A stretch of DNA of 62,531 nucleotides, filler included, from Sphacelaria rigidula (Eukaryota): NCBI GenBank assembly GCA_964200075.2. It is 10 parts of 10 records of this genome, joined end to end, with 100 filler letters (N's around TTAATTAATTAA, not from the genome) between each part and the next. Parts side by side here need not be neighbours in the genome. Positions count along the whole stretch, not along the records: positions 18,791 to 24,953 come from CAXNAA020021821.1; positions 25,054 to 31,216 come from CAXNAA020021822.1; positions 31,317 to 37,479 come from CAXNAA020021823.1; 7 more parts are not named here. One strand, 5' to 3'. Below, piece after piece: positions 23,448 to 36,804 of this stretch; position 1 is the stretch's first letter, and the number at the start of each line of letters is the position of its first letter. The notes under the pieces were generated by a model, which saw nothing but the letters and a program-made list of their open reading frames with translations, made no database searches and had not been told where the DNA came from. A program made the position numbers and the translations under genes.

Positions 23448-24222
23448 CAGCTGCTACCGCATTGCTGACTGCGCGAAAGTGTGACGTGCGCTGTATGACA
23501 CAGACCACGATGCTACACACTACATTACGGTCTGAAGCGGCAGGCGGCTGCAGGAAGAGTACATACGCCTGCTCTTTTGGTCATCACTTCAATTGTTGCC
23601 AGGGGTCGGGTATGTGTATGCGTGTGTGTGTTTATATCCACATGTAAGCGGCCTCAGGGCAGTTGCTGTCGCCAACACTTTTTAGGGCTAGTTTCTCCCA
23701 CTCTGACGACTTCCACACGGTTGTGGCTCGCGAAGCAGTTCATGTCGCCACCACCACACCTCGTTGGCACTCGGCATCACCCCGGTGGGATGGGTCTCCC
23801 CAACTTTTGCGACTCGCACGTAAGTGTCCGGGGGTTCGACGATAAGCTTTGAAGATGGACACCACCGGGGAGTGAGAAAAAAAGGTATCTACAGGAAACC
23901 CGTGCGCCCTTTTTTGACGGCATTTTTTGGCAAGGGAAATGACTACACGGTTCCTCGCTTTCTCGCCACGACTGAACATTATTATAAGATTGGAGGACAC
24001 AACGAAGTAATGCACTGCTGTCAACCCCGTAACGTACATACAGCATCTTCTGTCGGGGAGAGCCTCCCCCCCCCCCTTGCACGTGCCTTGCGTGGTAATT
24101 CATGTTGGGACAAGTCTCAGCGAAGCTTCAAGCGGGAATAATCGAATTCAGAGTGATCCGCACAGTGATCGATTGTGGTAAATCTGTCATGACGTTGGGA
24201 TCGTCGTACTATCGTTGGACAG

Positions 24223-24739
24223 GTTCACCCCGGCGGGAGATGTCGTGATGGGGATCGGGGTGGAGAGCACGCAGCTACCAGAGGTCGCTCTCAAGCTTGA
24301 TCGTACCACGGAGCTCTTCCTCCACAACCGCGGTCTCGCGACCGAGGTTGAGGGCCGTATGGAAAGGGCCTTCCAAAAGGCTCTTCTGTCGGGGATGTTG
24401 AAGGTAAGCCCCCGAACAACCGAATACTTGCTCGAGGTATCGCGATCCTTAGTCCGCGTCGTTGACCGACGTGCAGGTACTGGATCGGATTTGATCACTC
24501 GCAACCTATATCTGATGTGCCAGATGTAGCTTACATCAATGACCCCGACCTCGCGTGTGCTCATGTGTCTCCTTTGCCGGCAGTATGATATCCGCGGCGA
24601 CGTGTACGTGGGGCCGACACTGCTCCCATCCGCGCTGCCCACGGACACTACGCCGGGAGGATTGCTGGTTCGGGGTCCAGGGGACACGACCGAAAAGATC
24701 ATGACGGGTGCTTCACAGACTGTCGGCTACAAGCTGGAG
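24223..24739 (+). CDS. Two candidate exons (24223-24403, 24584-24739) of an unknown protein
   Basis: ACAG/GTAAGC and GCAG/GTGAGA splice sites, compatible phase-0 junction, open GC3-rich frame FTPAGDVVMGIGVE...SGMLK|YDIRGDVYVGPTLLP...VGYKLE. No family recognised. Confidence 0.6.
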
Positions 24740-27700
24740 GTGAGAACAGCGCTGCATGAGGGCGATAAAGACACTGTGACCCCGTAGTCCTCTTTTCCCT
24801 CGCCTTTTACCGCCGTTTGCGTCCTGATATGTACGCCGTCTCAGGATTTGAAGGGATGTCGGGGGTACACGAGAAAAAAAAAAAAAACGCACACCTATGA
24901 ACTCCCCCCCCCCCCCCCCCCCCCACCCCCTCCCCCACGCCGGAAACAACAAANNNNNNNNNNNNNNNNNNNNNNNNNNNNNNNNNNNNNNNNNNNNTTA
25001 ATTAATTAANNNNNNNNNNNNNNNNNNNNNNNNNNNNNNNNNNNNNNNNNNNNCCAACCCCATCGGGGGTCCCGCCCCTACAAAGCCGGGACGGAGCACG
25101 CCGGGTTCTCGCCGGACCAGGCCAGGGGGTGTGCGATGACTCGCACCATTACGGTATTTTAAAAAGTCGTACCTACGATACCCACGCATTCCACGGTGTA
25201 AATACCGGGGGTACGCTCGGTACGGTACCTTACCTACGGTGCCCCTGCAATGCCCATTCCGTTTGAAGGCATGACGCATTTCGCATTTTCGGGTAGCATG
25301 GGTCGAAAACACAGTAATCCCGATTTTGTTCATATATATCTGCGAAATACTGTTGTGCTCCGTTGTACAACTGTTCCTCAAGGGTTGCACAGCTGTACTT
25401 TAACGCACCGCAAAATACTGATGTAGCATGCTGCATTGAACTAGCTGTGCTGCACTGTACTGCACGGCACTCCCATGTACTGTGGTGCACTCCACCGTAC
25501 TGCAATGTAGTATACTGTACGGTACCTGTATACTTATATGGTACGGTACGAGATGGCTCCAAAGCACTATTTGTACTCGAGACTGACTACTGCCCTGCCA
25601 TATATGGCACGGTACGGTACGGGATGGTTAAATGAATAAGGTACTGCTTGTACTAGGGACTGACCACAATGTACAGCTATGCTGACTTGCGGATTTGAAA
25701 ACCGGATGGTTAATCTCACAGCCTGTGGGGCAATCTGCGGGTTATTATTTTGCGGGATAATGGTTCCTGACGGATTTGCTTGATCTTGAAAGTATGATCA
25801 GCGATCGTACAACCAACTCCCTCCGTACACTGGTGTCTGGCGCCTGTTCAGCTCATCACATGATTATCATGGAGCGATGAGACATCCAACGTGCTGATAT
25901 ACGTTCGATCTGTCCCACTGCGATTTTTCGCGTGACAAAATGCAATCATTCGGTGCATGCATTACGCTTGTGTGATTCTCTTATCTGGAAACATTCGAGA
26001 TTCTTTTTTTTACGTACGGCTGACTGATATATTGACTCCATGGTAACTTACGGGTGTTGCGCGTATATATAAATATATGTGGGAACCATCACATGGGAGG
26101 GATAAATTCCCTCAAGTGTCTGTCAAGAAATCACCTTTTCACACTGGCGACACCGTCACCAAAATGGTGGGGGCCAAAAACAAAATGGATATCCTCTGAC
26201 CTAGATTTCAAAACTCACGAAAAATCTCCTGCGGTGATTGTTAGTAGGATGTCCCAACAAACGTAGAAGATATGTGAAGTAAAAAGGCAAATTTTCACCC
26301 GCTAGCGGGCACAAAAGGGTACTCCTAAAAAACTCCGAGATCGTCATGAAAGGGATGTGGGAACAACCACATGGAACGGAAAAATTCCCTCAAGTGTCTT
26401 TGTCAAGGAATCACCTTTTCACACACACATATATATATAAATATATGTCTGAGGAAAAATTGAAAAATGTTGTTTTCGCATCTACACCTGAGTTTTGCGT
26501 TTCAGTTTTTAATCGCGTCACTCCTGGAGAGAATTAGGGGAACACCGTAGTACTGCGTGTTAATTTTCGTTAAATTCGCCTGCTACCAATCTGGTAGAAA
26601 ACCAAGGGGACATTGCGTGATATATCGGCATCGCTGCATGCATTCTGTACACTGCTGTCAACTATATTTGAATTGTTGCGACGGAAGACTTATGTTCCAC
26701 TCTTCCCTTCCGAACGCGTGATCTGCTCTCCGTTGCTGCCGAGCCAACCCTTTGCGGAGAGACAACTGTTTTCTCACCCAGGCAAACATGCACGCATGAC
26801 AAAGCCTGAGCCGCGAGAACGCAAGAAAAAAATAAAGATAAGCGGCCACGGCGGAGACAACGGAAGTGCAACCGTTTGGGAGAGGAAGCAGTGGCCGGGG
26901 GCCCGGGTCAAAAACGCTGGGGGTAATCAAGTTTTTGGGTTGCTTTTAAGGTAAGAGTTTCGACTAGGCCCTCTGAGAATATATCGATTTGGAGTATTGC
27001 TGCAATGTACTGACTGCTGTTGCCGTACCGCACCGAAAAGTACTACTGTAGTTTGGAAATGTTTTCCTCATTTCGGTTTTTGACATGATTGCAACTATGT
27101 ATCACCAATACTGCCGTCGCACAGGTGGCCACAAGGGGGAAGGGGAGGTACTCACGGAGAGAATCATGGGGGGAAAATTGAGACCATGATCATCGCCGGA
27201 TTACTTTGTCGGGAGGGATGTGGCCTGGTTTTAACCTGAAGTACATTCCCGCGAGAAAAGCTTCCAACAGGCGTTTTGAGTAAATAGTCCTCTTGTCCAC
27301 GATGTCGCGAAGCATTTGACATCGTTCACGGTTCAACAGGCGGAGCGGAAATTGAGCCAGCCTGGAAACTGGCGAGATGTGATGTATTGATATTGGTTCA
27401 TGTACATGACGGGAATCAACCCTGCCCCCGCCCCAGGAAGTAGAGAGTAATGTTGAATCAAGGGGGGCGTTGTCACACATTATTCGGTGAAAGCGAGAAG
27501 AAACTGTTGGATAGGGGGGGAAAGTTTCCAGGAGAAAGCGTTTATCAAAGGATGCTGCTAGTATTTGTGTGTTCGTGAGATTGACGCACTTCACCTCCGT
27601 GTTACATATCCTTCTTGGATCTGTCTATACACAGCGTGATTTCTGTTTGGTTTTCTTCGGGGGTGCTCAAAGTTTCGGATACTTGGGTTGATGCAGAGGA

Positions 27701-27892
27701 GAATTAACGCAAGAGTTTGATTTTTGGTATGTTTCGATTGATTTTTTTCCAGAAGAGATTACATTGAAGAGGTTGACGATTGTGGGTTATAATAACTGTT
27801 GAAGAGATTCTTGTGTGTAGAGTGAAAAAAAACTAAATTTGCGTCCAAAATCAGTAAAAATCCGAAATGAAATGGAGTGATGAGCAAATTTC

Positions 27893-28144
27893 CAGGGATA
27901 TACACGTTACACGTGCCATAGCGTTACACGTTACGTTCACGTTACTTTTTGGCCGAATCGTAATGTGAACGTCAATTTTTTTTCACGTGATGAACGTAAC
28001 GTGAACGTAACGTTAAATTTTCAAATGCAACGTTAACGTAACGTTCAAAACAAACTACGTGACATACGTCACGTAACGTGAACGTCAATTTTTTTCATGT
28101 GATGAACGTAACGTGAACGTGAACGTGTAACGTGTATATCCCTG
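27893..28144. mobile_element. 252-bp hAT-type MITE with perfect 8-bp TSD
   Basis: CAAATTTC|CAGGGATATACACGTTACACGT ... ACGTGTAACGTGTATATCCCTG|CAAATTTC. Confidence 0.93.
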
Positions 28145-28464
28145 CAAATTTCGGCTACAAATATTTCGAATGCTCACAGGGTTCGGTATTGTGTTCCGAG
28201 TTGCTTCCTGACAGGTTGCACGGAGTACCGTGTCGTAGCGAGGTTGCGCGCCATACCTAAATAAACTCATGTTTTGCACTGATTATTTCAGCCTCTGTGG
28301 AGCAAACGACTTTGCTGGGGGTTATTTTTCGTGCTTATGACATGGAGGAATTAAGCTTGCAGATGCTCACTGACTTCGACGACACCAGGTGGGCAGCTGA
28401 TAGGCGGTGGGTATTAGGGGGTTGATGATGCTTGGTGGCGAATTAGTGTGTTGGTTTTTAGGGC

Positions 28465-28790
28465 GCAGACACGATGGTCTAATGGTCCAACTGTCCCCAC
28501 TCGCGTGGAGGGAAAGTGGGTTCGGTTCCTGGTGCGTTAGCTTTTTCCCTCGGAGTCTCTGATTTTCCAACGTCGAAAGCGTAAGCACGTGAGTAATCAA
28601 AAGGTGGTTGACTGAGTTTATTTGACGTGAGTGGACGTGGTGCGGTAGTGCTGACCCAATCCGCGAGACCAAAATGCAAGGCGTGTACCGGAGAGAGATG
28701 GGTTAATGATCCCTTGAGACCACGAACTAACTCGTACCGAGGATAGGGAGGGGTTTAAAGTGCGGCATTAAAAAAAAAAAGGAAAAAAAT
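28465..28790 (+). mobile_element. Putative tRNA-derived SINE with A-rich tail
   Basis: A box TGGTCTAATGG (28475), B box GGTTCGGTTCC (28519), poly(A) at 28770-28789. Confidence 0.55.
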
Positions 28791-31700
28791 ACAAACCTTG
28801 GCAGCAGGTTTTGAGTTCCATGTTACGGCAGATAGAAGTGCTGTGCGGTCTTGTGTTCAAGGAAATATCAAGTAATTTGGCGTCCTGATTTGAGTTAATT
28901 TTGATTTGAATTTGGATGAATTATAAAAAAATCATCTCGAGAAGCCGTTGGTACGACACCACTGCTGCAAGATTTCACTTTGCAATATCAAGTTTTCAAG
29001 TCTATTTTCGGCACATTTTAAATGATTTCGAGTGTTGAGGATTTCAAGTGTCACAAGGATACGCCGCAGTGAATATCGAGTAAATTGAGCGGATCTCGAA
29101 TTTGCGTTCATTGTTTTGATTTTTCGTTGTTCTCAAGGGAGATCTGAGCCAATGGTGACGAGATAATGTTTGCCATTGATATTATAAGTTTCTTTTTAGT
29201 GTACTCACTGACGCAAAAGGATACCGAGACAACGCACCGATAGGTTGCGCGGTGTTGGGGCAGAGATTCAGAATTTGAGCTTTCGATTGCTGAAGTAGGT
29301 GAATTTTCGTCGTCTGCGCGCGGCTGTTTTTTTTCCCCTGTCAGGATCGAGTTTTCTCTTTCGAGTACTTGATTCTAACAACGTTTTCGCGAGATTGAGA
29401 GTAGAGGATACGATTGAGAGTGAAAAACGATCAATTAGTGAATGAATCGTTTCAGTTCCGACGTGTCCCTTCGTGAGGCCCGATATGCTTTCTGTAGTAG
29501 CTTGCCACTGAGGTCTTTGATATCCCTGAGGGGGATATCGACGTGTAGCTGGAAGCACACGCCAGTGATGGAGGCAAAGAAAAGCACACTGAATTAAAAA
29601 ATTGGCTAAGTTAAAGCGAATAATCAAAGCCACTCTCAATCAGCGCTCTACTCTCAATCTCACGAAAGCGTTGTTTTATGTAGTGTCGGGCACACATATT
29701 TTATAATATTGTTTTTGTCCCCATAATAAAGGCTCATTTGGTGTCATCATGCCTTGAGGATGAACCATGAGGACTTGGCCGTGGACAGGGGGGCTGATCG
29801 AATATGCCCGCACTTATGCATACGGTTATGTGACCGTTCTGCTGAACGCGGGTATACGTGAAAGATGCCAGTTTGGACCGAAATAAGTCCCCGGTAAGGA
29901 TAGCCCGGAACAAGTGGCCGGTTTCACATAAAATAAACAAGCATGAAACATTCACAACAAGCTGTTGAAAGAAAAAATTACGTCGAACGCTGGAGGCTCT
30001 TTGGGGATGAAAAAAAAAAGTAATTGGATGGAATATCCTGGGATAGCTTTGAAGCATTCACCCCCGGGGGATAGCCGAAGTTTTTCCAGGTCCATCCGGG
30101 TCGATTTTAGGGGCATTTTTCAATCACCGCCCCTACGTAGCGCAAAACATTACATTTTTCACCGTAGTGTTCTTGTGTTTGTTAAGCGTTCTTGCCACCC
30201 AGAAAAAATGGCCTGTAGTATTCCTATGTATTTTGGTGTTAATCCCACGGGAAATAAAATTGAGGTATAAAAACAACCGCAAGAAGCGCAAAAGGCGAAC
30301 AAAAAGTGGGGAAAATAAAGCAAATAAGACAAAATGAACAGCGACTCCGGGGCTCGAACCCGCGTCTACAAACGTGGAGATGGATACTTGTTATGCATCA
30401 TCAGGTCCGCACCGGTCAATTATTTCGATCCCGAGTGGTATAAGATACAATTGGATTGGATGATGACATAGTGGTGGCAGATGGAAGATGTCATCTTGAT
30501 GATTGCGGGAAATGCGGACAATCGGCAAGTCGGGGAATTGCATCATTCCGGAGGGTACGGTAGCGAGGTTGTCCACAAACTCATACACGCAACCGGGTAT
30601 ATCTACAAGGGTATATCCGTGCCCCGGTTAAGGGTAAGCATTTCGTACAGATTGTACAGAACTGTTGGCTACCGATATGGGAGGCTTACGGAGCTTACAG
30701 AGCTGTCGGGCACGGGTTGGGAAGCTTACAGAACTCACAGAATCTGTCAAGCACGCTTAATACCCGTGTAAATACCCCGGGTATACAAAGAGTCATACTA
30801 TCAACAACATCAACTTGTAATATTCCGAAACCATGCTTCGATACATGATGGTTTTTCTGCATAGTTGGGTTTAAGTTTGATCTTGGTACGTATCTCTTTT
30901 CCCTATAGGATTCCCCTGAGGGCGGTTGAATAGGGGGGAAATCCGGCACTTTCTACGATAGCCCCCGCCCAAAACCAGCCCAAAAGTGTCACGAAAGTAG
31001 TGGACATACCGCGCCTGATGTTTGGGTTCAGGCTGCATGAAGTGCCTCATATGGGCGACATTGGCGGGAACGAACCCAAGCGAGAGAATTCCCAGCTGCT
31101 CGTTGTCCTCAGCTTTTTCCATTTCGATCTACGTGAATATTTTGCCTCCACAAAGCAGGCATTTTTGCGGGGGGGGGAGGGGGGGGGGGCGTACTCATTT
31201 GTTGCTTGCCTTAGTCNNNNNNNNNNNNNNNNNNNNNNNNNNNNNNNNNNNNNNNNNNNNTTAATTAATTAANNNNNNNNNNNNNNNNNNNNNNNNNNNN
31301 NNNNNNNNNNNNNNNNCCGCCGAAAAGACCCTCCCCACGCCGTACCGACAAGACCGGTCATGGCCTTCGTCGGAGGACGGGGAACGGAGGACTATATGGG
31401 TATATGCACATAGGACCCAAAAAATTCGGTTATCGGATTTCAATCTTGTATGGCATGCAGATATTGGCGATAGCTATCGGTATGTGGAGGAATGCAGGCA
31501 TATTTCAAAAAAATGGTTCACACATATGAAGATTGTAATAACCCGACTTATCATCGTCAGTGAAAACCGTTGTCCTCAATTTTCACGATCGGTTGTCATC
31601 AATCACACCAAATATTCGTGGCGGTTCGCCCGCTGTGCAGAGCGCTATGAGCGCCGCCTCACGACTGGAGTCCACGCGCGTGTGGTGGTCGTGTTGCACA

Positions 31701-32005
31701 GTATTACATAAGGTTCTCTGCAACACAACGTCTTGATCGTCATTTTCGCTTTATTAGTCGTTCGTTCCATTAGTGTCACGAATTATCTTGAGATACAACA
31801 GGCGATTCGCCCAAGGTTGTCGCCGGACGACCCGCCGTAGACGTCTGCACACAAGGGCGTACTGTATCAAGCACTCTACAACTTCCCCATCAACCCTACG
31901 CACGGGTTATAACTTCCGTCTGCAGAAGATAACTCCCACGGTTACTTGTATACCTACGCAATTCATCTGCAAGAAACATGTCTACGACTTTCGCTTTAGG
32001 TGCAA

Positions 32006-35000
32006 TCAAAACGCGAATTCGTCGTCGTCTTTGCCTGCTTCCGATGCCGAATCCTCTTCCTCTGAGTCGCTACACTTGGAGTCTGAATCTCTCCAAGCCA
32101 AATCCCGGCTGAATGCTTCGATTCGCCCTCTGGCGGACCATCTAGACCGCCGTCGCAACAGCTGCAACTGGTAGGATCTGGTCCTGGATCCGATTCCCCT
32201 CCCGCTACCCTCGCCATCCTCCCGCCATCTCGTCGGAAGCACTCCTCACCACGACTACTATCAACACCTGTCCCCGGGCCCTTCCTCGCTCCATTCGTCT
32301 GCCCCCCGTAAAGCAACGCCGCTGACTCGCCCCTTCCATGGTTCGCCGCAGATCCGCCCCTCCCATGGTTCGACGCTGACCCGCCCGTTCCACGGTTCGC
32401 CGTGAATCCGCCCCTCCCCTCACAACGTCGGCGGCGTGTATCGATATATCCTCCGGCGGAATCACCTGTAGCAGTAGCGTCGGTCGCTGGGGCAGGGGGT
32501 GGGGGTTAAATGCAGCGGCCCTGACAACCGCAGCTCAGCGTACATTTCCCCAAATATCTGCAATCTCGGCACTGGTGACCTCTTTGCGCCGCCCTTTCCG
32601 GCTTGCACGCGCATCTCAGGGTTCGCACGATTAGGGTTAGGGGTCGTACATGGCCACGATTTTACCCCACATTGCTTCGAAGAACACGCTGATGGTATGG
32701 TGTGCCACCCGATCGTTGCTAGCCTCCGATGCTTTGGTTCGATCCACGCCAAGTGCCTCTGCGATAAACTCTATCCCTGCCCCCCAAAACCGGTTCATGA
32801 TGGCCTTCGCCATGTGATACAGAAGGTGCCAGTCACCCACGTATATTCTGAGCCAGTGATAGTGGCCGGGGTTACTCCGAATCAGGTGATACATGAAGCG
32901 AAATGTCTTCTCATCGCCGGCAAAACCATGCATGGCGCCGCCGCGCCCCTCTCGTCCACGTGGCGTATGTCAGCAAGAGGGTCGATGGCGGCCTTCGAGT
33001 CGGACCAACTCTTCGTGGTGCCCAGTTGCATGAAGAGGTACTTGAACACCTGCGGGTCCCTCTGCATCATCGGTATCGCCTAGTGGGGAAGTCGAGGATT
33101 AGATCACACGAGCGTGGATGATGCAGGGTATTCACTCCGTTAGGCATTTGTCCACCTTCACACGTTAATCCGTGCCATTTTGCGAGGTGTGCACGTCGCA
33201 CCATGGAGTACCTCCCGCTGCGCGCGACTTTCAAGCTTGCATCGGAAATAGGAGAAGCACTCGTGCATTCCCTGAAGGGTTTCCACAGACTCTTCTTCTC
33301 CTAATCTCTTGCTCGTGAATTGTTCACGATGAAGTCTCAGTACCGGGTAGAAAACGCAGAAACAGCATCTCTAGGGATTTCGAATCCGCACCTTGCCAAC
33401 CTACTCGGTACGAGCAAATACAGTTGGATTACCCGTGCGCGGCGTCCGCACGAAATTATGACATCACCTAACCCTGACCCTAGCTCAAGTGCAAAAAGCC
33501 TGATATTGATGCGAGCTCAGCTCCAATATCTAAATATTGTCATGTCAGACGCAACACTGCACCCCACGCACAGGTGCGTGATCTCGCTATCTTTTGACAC
33601 TAATATCCCGACCAACTACTGAGCACCCAAAAATTGCCAAGTATGTTCTCCTGTCTGAGTTCGATCTCCAAGCACGTTGCGATGTGGCCACCTTCACCTG
33701 CGATCCTCGCCACCGCGCAACGGAATGCTGCATCGTCGAATACGGAGAGGAAACGCTCCCATTGCTGACCGTCCCTGTGCCAGGAGGGTCCCGTCGTGAT
33801 GTCCGCGGCCACCAGATTACCTTGCCGGCGGTGCGCGTGCACGAGCGATAGATGCCCAGGCAGATTCTCCAGGGCCACGCAGGTGGCCGCTATAGTACTT
33901 TCATGTGCCCCGACCCCCGTGACACTCGTCGTCGGCCGAAAATCCCAGTTGTCCCAAGGAATCGCAGCAACCCGTAATGCGAGGGCCATGACATGTCTGT
34001 CCATCATCCACTTCGCGTAGAACTGTTCCCGCTTGTACCGCATCGACTCTGTCATGCAGAACCCATGGGCGGCGACGTAGTCGATGACAGCCATGGGTGT
34101 GCCGTGCGCTTTAAACACCTGCGCTATATGGAAGTCGTGCATTGCTCGAAAACCTCGGCCTCAAACAGTTTTGACGAGTTTTTGCACGAGCATGTACAGT
34201 CTCCCAATCCGCCTCTTTCTCGCCCTCATCTTCTTGCGCAGCGCCTTTTCCCGCGGGGTCGATCCGTGTGTTCTTGCGCTGGCGAGGAACATCGCCGATC
34301 CCCCTTGAGCTGCGCTCCACTGTTCCTGTTGCGCCGTTCCACCACCACACCTGCTTGCGGTGCCCATCAAACACGCCCCGCCACCCCGCGCCGCCGACAT
34401 GTCGACATCATCCGCCCCAGCGATGCGAGGCGCATGAACAGAATCCCCTTGCCTACCGCTCCTTGCTTCATCCATTGTCGGAAAAAACAAGTGCGGATCA
34501 TCACTCGACACTTGCAAACGGCACAGATTGCTCAGCAATACCAACAGTGCTGGCGGCGTATTTCTGGCCCTTATCCCCCGATACGTTCCTCAGTTCGTGT
34601 GCAATTTCTGTGTCCACCCTGACGATAGACCCAGCCGCTATGACCACGGCCCGTTTATCCTCCTCCGAACCGGCAGCTGTCACCCGCTGGAGTGCGTGTT
34701 CAATAGGCTGACTAGTCTCGATCTCGGCGGTGAGGCGGGAGACAGAACGCTCCAACTCTCGTACCCTCGTACGCATGTTGCGAAGTTCAACGTCGGCCGC
34801 AATGGCTACCTCGGGCGCCACCACAGAAGGAACGAGATAGATGAACTTGCGTCGCCCATCGCATACAGCCGCATCGACCCCGCTTCTCTTCTCAAGCTTG
34901 GCGTCGACTGCGCCGTCCGCGGCCACCGCATCGACAATCCTCGGCGCTTGCTCCCTGTTGCGCTTGTCTAGAACAGCCCGGGCGTTCACTGCGGTTCTGG

Positions 35001-36157
35001 CTTCGGTCAGCCAGGATTGAACATCCTCCACTCCCACTAAACGCCCCTCCTCAACGGCCGCAATCACTTTTTTGGTGTACCTCTGCAACAAAGTCCGTCT
35101 CGGCAGGGGTAGGGGGGGGGTTTAAACCAACAGTCACGGGTGTGCAGCTAACCGGAGGAAGGGAATTTGCCTTCCGTGTAGTACTCGTTATCCTGTATCG
35201 CTCGATGGAGCTCCAAAAACAATGATGCCGGCTGCACAAGCAATCTGAACTCGATTGGTAGTTTTTCACAAGCGCAGCCGGGCGTACACCATCATCCACA
35301 CACGACTCCAGAAATTGCCGAGCCTCCGTGATTCGCGCCGCGCCAAGATGACACCAGGCATTGCCTTTCCCGGGCCCTGGTCGATGGCAGGCGAAGCACA
35401 GCCGCGATACTGGACATCGGGAGTTGTATGGGAATATGGATATCGGCACTTCCTCGGAAGATTGTATTGCCAGCAGCTGATCTTCTCTCACGCCGTTTCT
35501 GTGCTGCAACACCACCTGCCGTTGTTCATGACACGCTCCCCATACGCTGTCGATCTCGGGCTTATCCGTAGCGGTTCTCTTCCGACTCGATGCACGTATG
35601 CCAGTATGTGGTGGTGTGCCCCTGCCGGAGTTGCGCGGTGTACGTCTTTTCTTGGCCTTGGCCGGTGGAATTGGATTTTGTACCTGCTGGACTTCACCAC
35701 CTGCAGCTCTCCCGATTTTGCGGGGGGTGTTACCCACTTCCTTGAGAGGTACCGTCGGCGGATTCCGTGGTGACACCTCCCGTACATTGTTTTCTGACGC
35801 CGAGGTGATGGAGATTTCACAAGTCGCGCCTTCCCCAGCCGATCGAAATTCAAAGCTACTACCTTCTGCACTCGGATGGTCATTGCACCCCTCCAACCCT
35901 TGCTTTTCTACAGATGCGCCATCACTGGACGCGAAGGACGCCTCCGGCGCACTGAACAGCACAGTCGCCGTAACTTTACCGTAGGAACGGGGGCTCAGCC
36001 ACTCTTGCGATTTGACTCGTTCGCCGGTGTGACCCTCGGCGATGTCCCTCACATTTTCCACCGGTGCTGCACATTCGGAGTGCGTCAGGCCATATCCACT
36101 TTCAACCGCGGATGTGGCACGTGTCAGTCGAGATGGAGGCGACAGTGGTGCAGGCAC
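32006..36157 (-). pseudogene. Intron-containing DUF6589/Academ-like DDE transposase pseudogene
   Basis: Ordered motifs HGFCMT..., IPWDNWDF, FAGDEKTF, YVGDWHLLYHMAKAIMNRFWG. N-terminal CFAC...LCSRHHC cluster and coiled coil; acidic tail. In-frame 70-bp intron at 35083-35152, premature TGA at 34161, frameshift near 32930. Confidence 0.65.
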
Positions 36158-36804
36158 TTCACTACCTGCCCTGAACAGACGGGAAAATGATAGATTGACG
36201 TACCGTATCAGTCGTGCAGTCTTATTTGTTTTTAGATTAGAAAAGACACGGGTTCGTGTGAAATGATGATATCCCGGAACGTAGGCATCCTCAATTTAGT
36301 TCAAATATCTCAGTCATCAGCGGGAACGAGAGGGAAGCAGTCAGATGAGCTGGATCTTCAGCACCTCTATTTCGCCCGGTAATAGTGCACGAGGGGTATC
36401 GGGGTGCTCTTACCTCGAGACCGATTGCGGTGCCGTATCTCACGTTTGGTCTGCCCCGGCCGGCGTCTCAAAAGTGCTCCAGACGTTGCACCTCAACTGT
36501 GAGTCTTGGGGATCTTCCACATCTACGGTCAGCGAATGCGCGGGGGAGTGGGTGTATGTATGATCGTACGTCAATTATTTTCATTACAGATATCTTCAAT
36601 CGTGCGGTTATCGTGCTGTACTGTCCAACGATAACGGGGTTTTGGTTGCCGCGCCAATTAATGTCATGATCCTCCATGTGATCGTCGTACTGATGTACTG
36701 TCCAAGTTCACAACTCGGAATCTGTGTCGTTTATGAGTCGGAAAATCTCGCTCCACGTAGGGGGTCGTCGGAACCCGAATGCAGGATCCAAACATGCCAT
36801 GGAT

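Noticed and set aside
27190..27594. 134-aa minus-strand ORF as a gene
   Set aside because: No recognisable motif or exon structure.
33993..35984. Long plus-strand ORFs (209, 172, 147 and 128 aa)
   Set aside because: Antisense shadows of the GC-rich minus-strand transposase-like gene.
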